From the NCBI GenBank assembly GCA_902470125.1, contig CABRFD010000005.1:39999-103998 (forward strand): 64,000 nt of DNA, given 5' to 3'. The DNA is from an uncultured Collinsella sp. (GTDB lineage Bacteria; Actinomycetota; Coriobacteriia; Coriobacteriales; Coriobacteriaceae). The position numbers and the translations under genes were made by a program. The notes beneath the pieces were generated by a model. It ran no database searches and was not told the DNA's origin. It worked only from the letters and a program-made list of their open reading frames with translations. Shown here piece by piece: positions 29,230 to 38,756 of this stretch (position 1 is the first letter of the stretch; the number at the start of each line of letters is the position of its first letter).

Positions 29230-29362
29230 TACGTTGACTTACTTGCCGCCTGGATGGCGTCTTGGCGCCTAGATACTTGGCTGATTTTTTGGAATGAAGG
29301 GGGCTCCTTGTTGGCAAGGAGCCCCCTACTGGTTTGGTTACTTTGGAACTATGGGCGCTTCC

Positions 29363-32110
29363 CTATTTGGCGTCGGCCCAGGTTATGCCGGTGCTGGCTT
29401 CGGCAATGAGGGGGACGCGTAGGTCTACGACGTGTTCCATGACGTCTTGGACCATGGCGGTCAGGCGCTCAACTTCGTTGACCGGGCACTCAAAGTCCAG
29501 TTCGTCGTGCACCTGTAAGATCATGTGGGCGGCAAAGCCCTCTTCTTCCAGGCGGCGGCTTACGCGGGCCATCGCGATCTTGATGATGTCGGCGGCGGTA
29601 CCCTGCATGGGATGGTTCATGGCCGTGCGCTCACCAAAGCCGCGGAGTTGCGGGTTTTTGGCCTTGAGCTCCGGAATATGGCGACGGCGGCCGTACATGG
29701 TCTCGGCGTAGCCCGTCTGCTTGGCACGCGCCACCACGTTGTCGAGGAACGTACGCACACCCGGGTAGGCCTCGTAGTAGCGGTCGATCATGCCACGCGC
29801 CTCGGCCATCGAGATGTGCAGCGACTGCGACAGACCATAGGCCTGCTGACCGTACACGATGCCAAAGTTCACGGCCTTGGCGCGACTGCGCAAGTCGGGC
29901 GTTACCTCGGACACGGGAACGCCAAACACGCGCGCGGCCGTCTCGGCGTGGAAGTCCTCGCCCTCGTTAAAGGCGCGCACCAGGTGCTCGTCACCCGAAA
30001 GATGCGCCAGCAGACGCAGCTCGATCTGCGAGTAGTCCACCGCCAAAAAGACGCTGCCCTCACCTGCCGAAAACGCCGTCTTGACGGTACGCCCCAGCTC
30101 CGAGCGCGTCGGGATGTTTTGCAGATTGGGGTCGCTCGAGGACAGACGCCCCGTTGCCGTGATGGTCTGGTTGTACGTGGTGTGCACGCGGCCGTCACCG
30201 CGGCGCAGCGGGCCCAACGTGTCCAGATAGGTTGACTTGATCTTGGACTTCTCGCGCCAGTCCAAGATCAAACGCACGATTTCGTGGTCGCGGGCAAGGT
30301 CGCTCAGCACCTTGGCATTGGTCGAATAATAGCCGCGCTTAGTCTTCTTGAGGCCCTTGGTCGGAAGCCCCATCACATCAAAGAGCACGTGCGACAGCTG
30401 CATGGGACTGCCAATATTAAAGGTCTCGTCACCCGCCAGGTCGCGAATACTGCGCTCGACCTCGGCAATCTGGGTCGCCAGACCCTCGGACAGACTGTGC
30501 AGGCGGTCGGGGTCCACGAGCATGCCCGCGCGCTCCATCTTGGCAAGTACCGAAATGAGCGGCATCTCGATGCCGTCGAACACGTTGGCGGCGTTCTCAC
30601 GGGCCATGCGATCGCGCAGCGGCGCGACCAGCGCCAGCGTCAAGGCAGCCGTGCGAGCGGCGGGCGCAGGAGCATCCTCGCCGGCACCCTCTGCACCGTG
30701 CGCCGCAGGCAGCGCCATCTGTAGATAGGTATCGGCCAGATATGCTTCATCGAACTCGGAGCGATCGGAATCCAGCAGGTAGGCGGCAACCACGGTATCG
30801 AAGATGCGCGTGGAATCGACTGCCAGCGGATCCATGAGCTCGGGCTCGGAAGAATCGACGGGCGAAAGCTCGTGCAACAGCGCCTTCATGTCCGGGCTCG
30901 CCACGCAGCCCTCCATAAACAGACGAGCGAGCACGCCGGCAATCACGCCGTGGACGAAGTTGAAGCCCTCAACCTCAGCCGCCGCACCGCTGTCGCCCTC
31001 CTCGAGCGCGAACAGGCCCTTGGACGTCGCCAACCACAGCGTACGCGTCAGCCCAAAGAGCGCGCCCTCTTCCTTGTCGTCGTCCACCACGGCGGCGACC
31101 CACTCGCCGGCATCAATCGCGCGGGAGACCTCAGCCGCAACGGCACCAAGCGCGTCAGCATCGCCGGCGGCTGCGCGAACCATCGCAGGCATCTCAAACA
31201 CACTGGAGGCAGCAGCCCCGCCCTCGCCGCCAATCAGCGCCAGGAAACGGTTCTGCATGGCCGTAATGCCGAGCGCGCCGAGCGCCGCGGAGACCTCGTC
31301 GGCAGAAAACGCCGGGAAGGACGTCGCCTCAAAGTCGAGCTCGACAGGCGCATCGGTGCGAATGGTCGCAACCTTGCGGCTCAGCAGCGCGTCGTCGATG
31401 TGTGCACGCAGGTTCTCGCCCATCTTGCCCTTGACCTCGTCGGCATGCGCGATGACCTCGTCCAGGCTACCGTACTGCGCAATGAGCGCGCTCGCCTTTT
31501 TGGGGCCGATGCCCGGCACGCCGGGAATGTTGTCCGACGTGTCGCCCTTCAGACCGTAAAAATCGGGCACGAGCGCCGGCGTGATGCCGTGATACAAATC
31601 GTCCACGCTCTCGGGCGTCATAATCGCCACGTCGGACAGGCCCTTGCGGGTCGAGACCACATTGACATGCTCGGTCACGAGCTGATACATGTCGCGATCG
31701 CCGGTCACCAGCAGCATGTCGCAGCCGGCCTGCTCGCCCAGGCGCGCCATGGTACCCAGGATGTCATCGCCTTCCCAGCCCTCGGACTGCAAAATCGGCA
31801 CGTTGAGCGCACCGAGCAGCTCCTTGATCATGGGGAACTGCGTATGCAGGTCGGGGTCCATGGGCGGGCGCTGCGCCTTATACTGCGGCAGCATCTCCAT
31901 ACGCACGCGCGGCTTGCCCTTATCAAACGCCACGACCACGCCGTCGGGGTTAAAGGCATCGATCATCTTGAGAAACATGTTCAGAAAACCAAAGATTGCG
32001 TTGGTGGGGCGACCGTCCGGCGCGTTCATGGTCGGCGGCACGGCGTGGAAGGCGCGGTGCATGAGCGAGTTGCCGTCGATAACGGCAAAGGTACGGCGCT
32101 TGTCAGACAT
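29363..32110 (-). CDS. polA: DNA polymerase I
   Basis: IDGNSLMHRAFHA 5'-3' exonuclease, GDTSDNIPGVPGIG, TATGRLSSSDPNLQNIP, DYSQIELR, KAVNFGIVYG, LQVHDEL. Confidence 0.98.
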   Translation of the reverse strand: MSDKRRTFAVIDGNSLMHRAFHAVPPTMNAPDGRPTNAIFGFLNMFLKMIDAFNPDGVVVAFDKGKPRVRMEMLPQYKAQRPPMDPDLHTQFPMIKELLGALNVPILQSEGWEGDDILGTMARLGEQAGCDMLLVTGDRDMYQLVTEHVNVVSTRKGLSDVAIMTPESVDDLYHGITPALVPDFYGLKGDTSDNIPGVPGIGPKKASALIAQYGSLDEVIAHADEVKGKMGENLRAHIDDALLSRKVATIRTDAPVELDFEATSFPAFSADEVSAALGALGITAMQNRFLALIGGEGGAAASSVFEMPAMVRAAAGDADALGAVAAEVSRAIDAGEWVAAVVDDDKEEGALFGLTRTLWLATSKGLFALEEGDSGAAAEVEGFNFVHGVIAGVLARLFMEGCVASPDMKALLHELSPVDSSEPELMDPLAVDSTRIFDTVVAAYLLDSDRSEFDEAYLADTYLQMALPAAHGAEGAGEDAPAPAARTAALTLALVAPLRDRMARENAANVFDGIEMPLISVLAKMERAGMLVDPDRLHSLSEGLATQIAEVERSIRDLAGDETFNIGSPMQLSHVLFDVMGLPTKGLKKTKRGYYSTNAKVLSDLARDHEIVRLILDWREKSKIKSTYLDTLGPLRRGDGRVHTTYNQTITATGRLSSSDPNLQNIPTRSELGRTVKTAFSAGEGSVFLAVDYSQIELRLLAHLSGDEHLVRAFNEGEDFHAETAARVFGVPVSEVTPDLRSRAKAVNFGIVYGQQAYGLSQSLHISMAEARGMIDRYYEAYPGVRTFLDNVVARAKQTGYAETMYGRRRHIPELKAKNPQLRGFGERTAMNHPMQGTAADIIKIAMARVSRRLEEEGFAAHMILQVHDELDFECPVNEVERLTAMVQDVMEHVVDLRVPLIAEASTGITWADAK

Positions 32111-32276
32111 ATTGAATACCTCGCTTTGGGCTGGGCACGGTTTGCTCACACCAGTTTACACGCTCCCCGCCCCGCGGCCACCGCACATCAAGCTCCCCCG
32201 CCACCGTGAGCCCGCGCGTGATACGATGGCTCACGGTACATCAACCAGCACGATCGATCCGAAAGGAGCCTGCGTC

Positions 32277-33674
32277 ATGGAGCGTCCCTGCGCATGGAAA
32301 AAGTACACGCCACAGCAAATCGAGGAGCTCGAGGAGCTTTGCTGCGGCTATAAGCAGTTTTTGAGCGAGAACAAGACCGAGCGCTTGTGCGTCAAGACCG
32401 GCATCAAGATGGCCGAGGAGGCGGGCTATGTCGACCTGGAGACCGTAATCGCCGAAGGCCGCGAACTCAAGGCAGGCGACAAAGTGTACGCCGCCAACCA
32501 CGGCAAAGACCTTATGCTCGTCAACCTGGGCACCGCCCCGCTCGAGCAGGGCTTTAACATCTTGGGCGCCCACGTGGACTCGCCGCGCCTGGATCTCAAG
32601 CAGAACCCCGCCTTCGAGGCCGGCGACATGGCCTACCTCGACACGCACTACTACGGCGGCGTCAAGAGCTACCACTGGGTGGCCTCCCCGCTTGCACTCG
32701 TTGGCGTCATCTGCAAAAAGGACGGCACCACCGTCGACATCAACATCGGCGACAAGGCAGACGATCCAGTCTTTACCATCTCCGACCTGCTGATCCACCT
32801 CTCGAGCGAGCAGATGTCCAAGCCCGCCAAGGACGCCGTCGACGCCGAGATCCTCGACGTGATCGTGGGCGGCCGTCCCGTCAAGTTCGATGAGGACGAC
32901 AAGGACGCCCCCAAGGAGCCCGTCAAGCAGATGTTCCTGGACATCCTCAAGGAGCAATACGACGTCGAGGAGGAGGACTTCCTCTCCGCCGAGATCGAGG
33001 TCGTGCCCGCCGGTCCCGCCCGCGACATGGGCCTCGACCGCTCCATGATTTTGGGCTATGGCCACGACGACCGCGTCTGCGCTTACCCCTCCATGCTTGC
33101 CCAGATCGACGTCGCAAACGTGGAGCGCACGAGTATCACGCTCATCGTCGACAAGGAGGAGATTGGCTCTGTGGGTGCCACCGGCATGACGAGCCGCTTC
33201 TTCGAGAACACCGTCGCCGAGATCATGACGCTCGCCGGCGAGGATAGCCCGCTGGCCCTGCGCCGTGCACTCGCCCACAGCCGTATGCTCTCCTCTGACG
33301 TGTCCGCCGGCTTCGACCCGGGCTACGCCGGCAAGTTCGAAACCAAGAACGCCGCCTTTATGGGTCGTGGCCTGTGCTTTAACAAGTACACGGGCAGCCG
33401 CGGCAAGGGCGGCTCCAACGACGCCGATGCCGAGTACGTGGCCCTCGTCCGCGACATCATGGACGAGGCCGGCGTGGACTTCCAGACCTGTGAGCTCGGT
33501 CGCGTCAACGCGGGCGGCGGCGGCACCATTGCCTACATCATGGCCAAGTATGGCATGAACGTCATCGACTCCGGCGTTGCCGTCCTGTCCATGCACGCCC
33601 TGTGGGAGGTCGCCAACAAGGCCGATATCTACGAGGCCTATCGCGGCTACAAGGCCTTCCTCGAGCGCGCCTAA
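32277..33674 (+). CDS. M18 family aminopeptidase
   Basis: GAHVDSPRLDLK, HYYGG, GHDDRVC, DKEEIGS, LSMH. Confidence 0.93.
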   Translation: MERPCAWKKYTPQQIEELEELCCGYKQFLSENKTERLCVKTGIKMAEEAGYVDLETVIAEGRELKAGDKVYAANHGKDLMLVNLGTAPLEQGFNILGAHVDSPRLDLKQNPAFEAGDMAYLDTHYYGGVKSYHWVASPLALVGVICKKDGTTVDINIGDKADDPVFTISDLLIHLSSEQMSKPAKDAVDAEILDVIVGGRPVKFDEDDKDAPKEPVKQMFLDILKEQYDVEEEDFLSAEIEVVPAGPARDMGLDRSMILGYGHDDRVCAYPSMLAQIDVANVERTSITLIVDKEEIGSVGATGMTSRFFENTVAEIMTLAGEDSPLALRRALAHSRMLSSDVSAGFDPGYAGKFETKNAAFMGRGLCFNKYTGSRGKGGSNDADAEYVALVRDIMDEAGVDFQTCELGRVNAGGGGTIAYIMAKYGMNVIDSGVAVLSMHALWEVANKADIYEAYRGYKAFLERA

Positions 33675-33710
33675 CCGACCCTCGTAAAACGAGCCCAACC
33701 AGCCCTTCAT

Positions 33711-33779
33711 AACTTGCGGTGAAATAGTTCCCAGACATGCCTTTTAACAGGCAAAACAGGAATTATTCCACCGCAACTT
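33711..33779. repeat. 69-bp inverted-repeat element (REP/MITE-like), copy 2
   Basis: AACTTGCGGTGAAATAG...TTATTCCACCGCAACTT; same length as copy 1. Confidence 0.8.
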
Positions 33780-33801
33780 CCTTTTTGACAGAGGAGAGTT
33801 C

Positions 33802-34611
33802 ATGCTGCAGGTCATCATTTCGCCCGCCAAGCAGATGCACGCGGCCCAAGATGCTTTTGAAGTCCTGGGCATACCGCCTTTTGTGCACGAAACGGCTCGT
33901 CTCCACCGCGCACTGCTAGATATCGAACGAAATGAAGGCAGCGGCGGCCTACAAGCGCTATGGAACGTGAGTGACAAACTGCTGGGTCCTTGCCTCAACA
34001 CCCTGCATGAGTTCGGGCCCATCCTGAAAAACAGCGATCTCGACAATCCCGAACTCGCCCGTCACCTCTCCCCTGCCGTCATGTCCTATCACGGCATTCA
34101 ATACCAGAGCATGGCGCCCGAGGTGATGGATTCCGCGCAGCTCGCATGGCTGCAAGACCATCTCTGGATCCTCTCGGGCCTTTACGGATGCGTACGCCCC
34201 TTTCATGCCGTTGAACCGTATCGGCTGGAAATGGGCGCAAAGCTTGCCGTCGACGATGCCCGAGACCTCTACGCGTTTTGGGGCGACAAGCTCGCACGGA
34301 CCATCGCTCCGGCGAGCTCCAACGCTACGATCGTCAATCTCGCCAGCGCGGAATACGCCAAAGCCGTTCTGCCCCGCCTCACCACCGATGTCACGGTCGT
34401 CACATGCCTCTTTGGTGAAGGCATCCGCAACGGCAAGCCCATCCAGCGCTCGACCGCCAGCAAAAAGGCGCGCGGCTCCATGGTGCGCTGGATGGCAGAA
34501 AACAAGCTCGAGGATGCAAGCGGGCTCACCGCGTTCGACGTTGGCTATCGTCACCTTCCCGAGCTTTCAAATAAAAACACTTTGGTCTTCCTGAACGAAC
34601 AGGCCTTGTAG
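33802..34611 (+). CDS. yaaA: Peroxide stress protein YaaA
   Basis: IISPAK, ILSGLYG, PYRLEMG, VNLASAEY, KKARGSM. Confidence 0.93.
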   Translation: MLQVIISPAKQMHAAQDAFEVLGIPPFVHETARLHRALLDIERNEGSGGLQALWNVSDKLLGPCLNTLHEFGPILKNSDLDNPELARHLSPAVMSYHGIQYQSMAPEVMDSAQLAWLQDHLWILSGLYGCVRPFHAVEPYRLEMGAKLAVDDARDLYAFWGDKLARTIAPASSNATIVNLASAEYAKAVLPRLTTDVTVVTCLFGEGIRNGKPIQRSTASKKARGSMVRWMAENKLEDASGLTAFDVGYRHLPELSNKNTLVFLNEQAL

Positions 34612-34651
34612 GACCACCGCTACTCTTGAATGTGCTGCCTAGGCACGACGT

Positions 34652-35167
34652 CTATTCCGCCAAGCCGTCGGCTTTGGCAATCTCGCTTGTCGAGCCATCT
34701 TGGTAGGTAATCTTAACGTGCTCAACCTCGGACACAGCAACACCCGACGGAGGCTCCAGGCGCCATTCCGTCAGCGCAATGTCCATGGTCGTGGGCACGT
34801 CCCCCTGCTCTTTGAGCTTCACCGTGAGCGTTTTGAGCGCCGCGTCAAACGTCACGCGTTCGATTTCTTCACCTGGAATGGACCCACCACTCAGCTGCAA
34901 CTGCACAAACTCATCGCGCGGGTACCAATAATCGCCCGGCGCGGCCACCGTGTTACCGCCAGCGACCTTCACCGTCATGATCGGCAGGGCATCGTCGGCC
35001 TCAAACTCCCAGGCAGCGCCGCCGCGACCACCAAACGTCCAGATACAAAAGGCAATCACCAGCACGGCAAGCACCGCAAAACCAATCGCGACAAGGCCAT
35101 GGTGCGCACGGCTTTCCTCGGCCGATACATCCCATTGCGTCTCTCGATATAGATGCTTGTCTTCCAT
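34652..35167 (-). CDS. Hypothetical single-pass membrane protein
   Basis: GAGGAGG RBS before ATG 35167; one hydrophobic segment (LVAIGFAVLAVLVIAFCIW) then a soluble domain. Confidence 0.75.
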   Translation of the reverse strand: MEDKHLYRETQWDVSAEESRAHHGLVAIGFAVLAVLVIAFCIWTFGGRGGAAWEFEADDALPIMTVKVAGGNTVAAPGDYWYPRDEFVQLQLSGGSIPGEEIERVTFDAALKTLTVKLKEQGDVPTTMDIALTEWRLEPPSGVAVSEVEHVKITYQDGSTSEIAKADGLAE

Positions 35168-35230
35168 GTTCGCCTCCTCACCGGCACGCTCGTTAGGCCA
35201 ATCGTACCCATTCGAGCTATACTTGAGCCC

Positions 35231-35335
35231 ACTACATAAACGGGGAGCTTGCGGGACAAGACGGCAGGCTGAGATTGGGCGCGCCCGCCCTGACCCGCAA
35301 ACCTGATATGGGTAATGCCAACGAAGGGAGCCGTG
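35231..35335 (+). ncRNA. TPP riboswitch
   Basis: GGGGAGC...GGCTGAGA...GACCC..AAACCTGATATGGGTAATGCCAACGAAGGGAG directly before thiC; SD lies in the 3' P1 strand, implying translational control. Confidence 0.95.
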
Positions 35336-35338
35336 CCA

Positions 35339-36673
35339 ATGAGCACACAGACCGAGCCCAAGCTCGTCACGCAAATCGACTTCGCCCGCGCCGGGCAGAT
35401 CACGCCGCAGATGAAGGAGGTCGCCGAGCGCGAGCATCGCGACCCCGAGTACATCCGTGAGCGCGTGGCAGACGGCCGCATCGCCATTCCCGCCAACATC
35501 GTGCACATCAAAAAGGGCATGCGCGCCTTTGGCGTCGGTGAGGGCCTGTCCACCAAGGTCAACGTGAACTTGGGCATCTCGGGCGACAAGGCCGATGCCG
35601 CCGAGGAGTGGAAGAAGGTCAAGATCGCCGAGGACTACGGCGCCGACGCCATCATGGACCTCTCCAACTCGGGCAAGACGCGCCAGTTCCGCCAGCAGCT
35701 CATCGACGAGACCCCGCTCATGGTGGGCACCGTCCCCATGTACGACGCCATCGGCTACATGGAAAAGCCGCTGGTCAAGCTTACCAAGGACGACCTGTTC
35801 GAGGTCGTGCGCGCGCACGCCGAGGACGGCGTGGACTTTATGACCATCCACTGCGGCATCAACAAGTCGGTCACCAAGACCTTTAAGGAGACCGGCCGCC
35901 TGATGAACATCGTGAGCCGCGGCGGCTCGCTGCTGTTTGGCTGGATGGAGGTCACCGGTAACGAGAACCCGTTCTATGAGTTCTACGATGAGTTGCTCGA
36001 GATTTGCCACGAGTACGACGTGACGATTTCGCTCGGCGACTCCTGCCGCCCGGGCTGCCTCTACGACTCCAACGACGCCACCGAGACCGCCGAGATGATC
36101 GAGCTGGGCAAGCTATGCAAGCGTGCTTGGGCCGCCGGCGTCCAGGTCATGGTCGAGGGCCCGGGTCACATGGCGCTCGACGAGATCGCCGCCAACATGA
36201 AGCTGCAGAAGCGCCTGTGCCACAACGCCCCGTTCTATGTGCTCGGGCCGCTGGTGACCGATATCGGCGTGGGCTACGACCACATCACCGCTGCCATCGG
36301 CGGCGCTATCTCCGCCAGCTCCGGCGCCGACTTCCTGTGCTACGTGACGCCGGCCGAACACCTGTGCCTGCCCAACGCCCAGGACGTGCTCGATGGCCTC
36401 ATGGCCACCAAGATCGCCGCACACGCCGCCGACATCGCCAAGAAGGTGCCCCACGCCCGCGACATGGACGACAAGATGGGCCAGGCACGCCGCAAGCTCG
36501 ACTGGGACGCCATGTGGAAGTGCGCGCTCGACCCGGTCACCGGCAAGAAGCGCTACGAGGAGTCCCCCGCCGCCACCGAAGGCACTTGCACCATGTGTGG
36601 CAAGATGTGCGCCGTCCGCACCGTCAACAAGGTGTTTGAGGGTACGACGATCGACCTGGGCATGGAGGACTAA
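35339..36673 (+). CDS. thiC: Phosphomethylpyrimidine synthase
   Basis: TKVNVNLG, GADAIMDLS, IVSRGGS, EGPGH, YVTPAEHL, CTMCGKMC. Confidence 0.97.
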   Translation: MSTQTEPKLVTQIDFARAGQITPQMKEVAEREHRDPEYIRERVADGRIAIPANIVHIKKGMRAFGVGEGLSTKVNVNLGISGDKADAAEEWKKVKIAEDYGADAIMDLSNSGKTRQFRQQLIDETPLMVGTVPMYDAIGYMEKPLVKLTKDDLFEVVRAHAEDGVDFMTIHCGINKSVTKTFKETGRLMNIVSRGGSLLFGWMEVTGNENPFYEFYDELLEICHEYDVTISLGDSCRPGCLYDSNDATETAEMIELGKLCKRAWAAGVQVMVEGPGHMALDEIAANMKLQKRLCHNAPFYVLGPLVTDIGVGYDHITAAIGGAISASSGADFLCYVTPAEHLCLPNAQDVLDGLMATKIAAHAADIAKKVPHARDMDDKMGQARRKLDWDAMWKCALDPVTGKKRYEESPAATEGTCTMCGKMCAVRTVNKVFEGTTIDLGMED

Positions 36674-36855
36674 CCTTATCGCCGCGATCGCCTATAGGCT
36701 CGCCGCAGCACCTGTCAATTGTTAACTTGTGAACATTTGCCTGCATTTGCGTAAAAATTGCATCTCGCGCCCGGGTTCGGCATATCGCCGGCCCGGGCAT
36801 CTTTATAATGCGGGGTAAAAGACCCATTTGAATCCGACCGGACAAGGGAGCGAAC

Positions 36856-37686
36856 ATGGATCGCAGTAAGGTACCAGCCGTTCTATCCATCGCAGGATCC
36901 GATTCCAGCGGTGGCGCCGGCATTCAGGCAGACATTAAGACCATCACGGCGCACCGTCTGTATGCCGAGACAGCCATCACCGCTATCACCGCACAAAACA
37001 CGCTCGGTGTCACCGCCGTGCAGAATATCTCCCCGGATATTGTCGCGGCGCAGATCGATGCCGTTTTTGACGATATCCGACCCAGCGCTGTCAAGATCGG
37101 CATGGTTTCCTCTGCTGAGATTATCGAGGTTATCGCCGACCGCCTGAGTGCCTGGGACGCACAAAATATCGTCGTCGATCCCGTCATGGTCGCCACTTCG
37201 GGCGCCCGCCTCATTGCCGAAGATGCCGCTGAGGCGCTCACACGTCGCCTGTTCCCGTTGGCGACCGTCATCACGCCCAACATTCCCGAGGCCATGGCGC
37301 TGCTCGACTACGAGGTCGATTCCGAGCGCACGCAGCAAAACGCTGCCATGCTCCTCACCCGCCGCTTTGGCTGCGCGTCCCTCGTTAAGGGCGGGCATTT
37401 TGTCAACGAGGCCAACGATGTGCTAGCAGAGCCCGCGCCGCTCGATGACGAGGGCAACCACCTGGGCGATCCGCTCACCACGTGGTTCCGCCATAAGCGC
37501 ATCGAGACCGGCAACACGCATGGCACCGGCTGCACGCTCTCGTCCGCCATTGCTTGCGCATTGGCGCAGGGCATGGATCTTGCCGACGCCGTCAACGCCG
37601 GCAAGGCCTACCTAACGGGCGCTCTCGCCGCCGGCTTTGACATGGGCAAAGGTTCCGGCCCCGTCAACCATATGTGGCAGTATTAA
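36856..37686 (+). CDS. thiD: Hydroxymethylpyrimidine/phosphomethylpyrimidine kinase
   Basis: SIAGSDSSGGAGIQADIKT, TAQNT, VDPVMVATSG, KGGH, HGTGCTLSSA. Confidence 0.96.
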   Translation: MDRSKVPAVLSIAGSDSSGGAGIQADIKTITAHRLYAETAITAITAQNTLGVTAVQNISPDIVAAQIDAVFDDIRPSAVKIGMVSSAEIIEVIADRLSAWDAQNIVVDPVMVATSGARLIAEDAAEALTRRLFPLATVITPNIPEAMALLDYEVDSERTQQNAAMLLTRRFGCASLVKGGHFVNEANDVLAEPAPLDDEGNHLGDPLTTWFRHKRIETGNTHGTGCTLSSAIACALAQGMDLADAVNAGKAYLTGALAAGFDMGKGSGPVNHMWQY

Positions 37687-37747
37687 GATTCGCAGCCCAA
37701 ACCGCCACAAAAGGGGACAGGCACCTTTGCGGTGGTTCCCACAAGCA

Positions 37748-37963
37748 TCTCGATCTGTAACAGATAGAAACGATTTAGCCGCCCACCTGTTACAGATTGA
37801 GACATTCAAATTCCGCTGAGAAGATAATCTCGATCTGTAACAGTAACTCAGCAAAATCGACCCTAGATGTTACAGATCGAGACAAACGACCGATATCGAC
37901 CTAAATAATCTCAATCTGTAACATCTAGCCCGTTTTCGGCCTTACAACTGTTACAGATCAAGA
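37748..37963. repeat. Array of six alternating-orientation 15-bp repeats, 40-bp period, unique spacers
   Basis: TCTC(G/A)ATCTGTAACA at 37748, 37828, 37909; reverse complement at 37788, 37868, 37949. Confidence 0.92.
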
Positions 37964-38018
37964 CAAACCAACGAAACAAGCCGTCGCAAGGGGAACTTTT
38001 GTACTGCTTTAGTCCGTG

Positions 38019-38678
38019 CTACTCACCGAGCATCTCTTGGAGCTTGGCTGCCACGGCATGCCCCAAGCTCTCGTGGCTTTCGGGCATCATGTGGAGATAA
38101 TCGATATCGCCCGGCTCGGCAAAGTCGGCGGCATTCAAAAAGTCGCAGCCAAACTGCTCAGCCACATGCGCGTAGTACTCACCAAAATGTTCCGAGGCTT
38201 CTACGGAATGCTCGTCAAAATCGGTCATATATACGTCGGCGATCTGCGGCTTAATCTTAATAGGTGCCATCAGCAGAATGCGCGGACAAGGCGCAGCGTC
38301 GGTCCACGGAAACGCGCGGACGGCGCGAATCAGCGCCATGGCGCCGCGGGCAATATCGGAAGCCGTCACGCCGAAGACCGTCTTGCAGTCGTTGGTGCCC
38401 AGCATGATCACGATTGCGTCCAGCGGCTTATGAGCTTCGAGCAGCATCGGCATCGCGCGAATGCCGTTGAGGTTGGTGTCCAGATGGCACATATCGTCGC
38501 GCACCGTCGTGCGACCATTTAGGCCTTCCTCAATCACATGCCAACCCTCACCCAGGTCACGCTGCACCACACCGCACCAGCGCACATCCTGCGCATAGCG
38601 CACTGCTGTGCCGTCGCGCATACCCGCCGGATCATAGCCATAGGTGTTGCTGTCACCAAAGCACAGAACGTTTTTCAT
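38019..38678 (-). CDS. SGNH/GDSL hydrolase
   Basis: CFGDSNT, EEGLNGRT, MLGTND, DYLH. Confidence 0.93.
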   Translation of the reverse strand: MKNVLCFGDSNTYGYDPAGMRDGTAVRYAQDVRWCGVVQRDLGEGWHVIEEGLNGRTTVRDDMCHLDTNLNGIRAMPMLLEAHKPLDAIVIMLGTNDCKTVFGVTASDIARGAMALIRAVRAFPWTDAAPCPRILLMAPIKIKPQIADVYMTDFDEHSVEASEHFGEYYAHVAEQFGCDFLNAADFAEPGDIDYLHMMPESHESLGHAVAAKLQEMLGE

Positions 38679-38697
38679 CTTGAGCTCCCCATTCAGT

Positions 38698-38732
38698 AAA
38701 AAGCCGACGGGGGCGATCCCTCCCGTCGGCTT
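38698..38732 (-). terminator. Intrinsic terminator downstream of the PARG-like gene
   Basis: AAGCCGACGGG/CCCGTCGGCTT stem plus U-tract on the minus strand. Confidence 0.7.
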
Positions 38733-38756
38733 GGCATATCACATCACGTGCGCCGC

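Noticed and set aside
33585..33610. M18 aminopeptidase MHALWE where MHAP/MHS is more usual
   Set aside because: The metal-binding His is retained; a single substitution is not evidence of altered function
34652..36010. 452-aa minus-strand ORF overlapping thiC
   Set aside because: Only the last 171 codons (from ATG 35167 with GAGGAGG) look real; the rest is antisense to the TPP riboswitch and thiC
37748..37963. Calling the periodic array a CRISPR
   Set aside because: Repeats are 15 bp and alternate in orientation; there is no leader and no cas gene in the window
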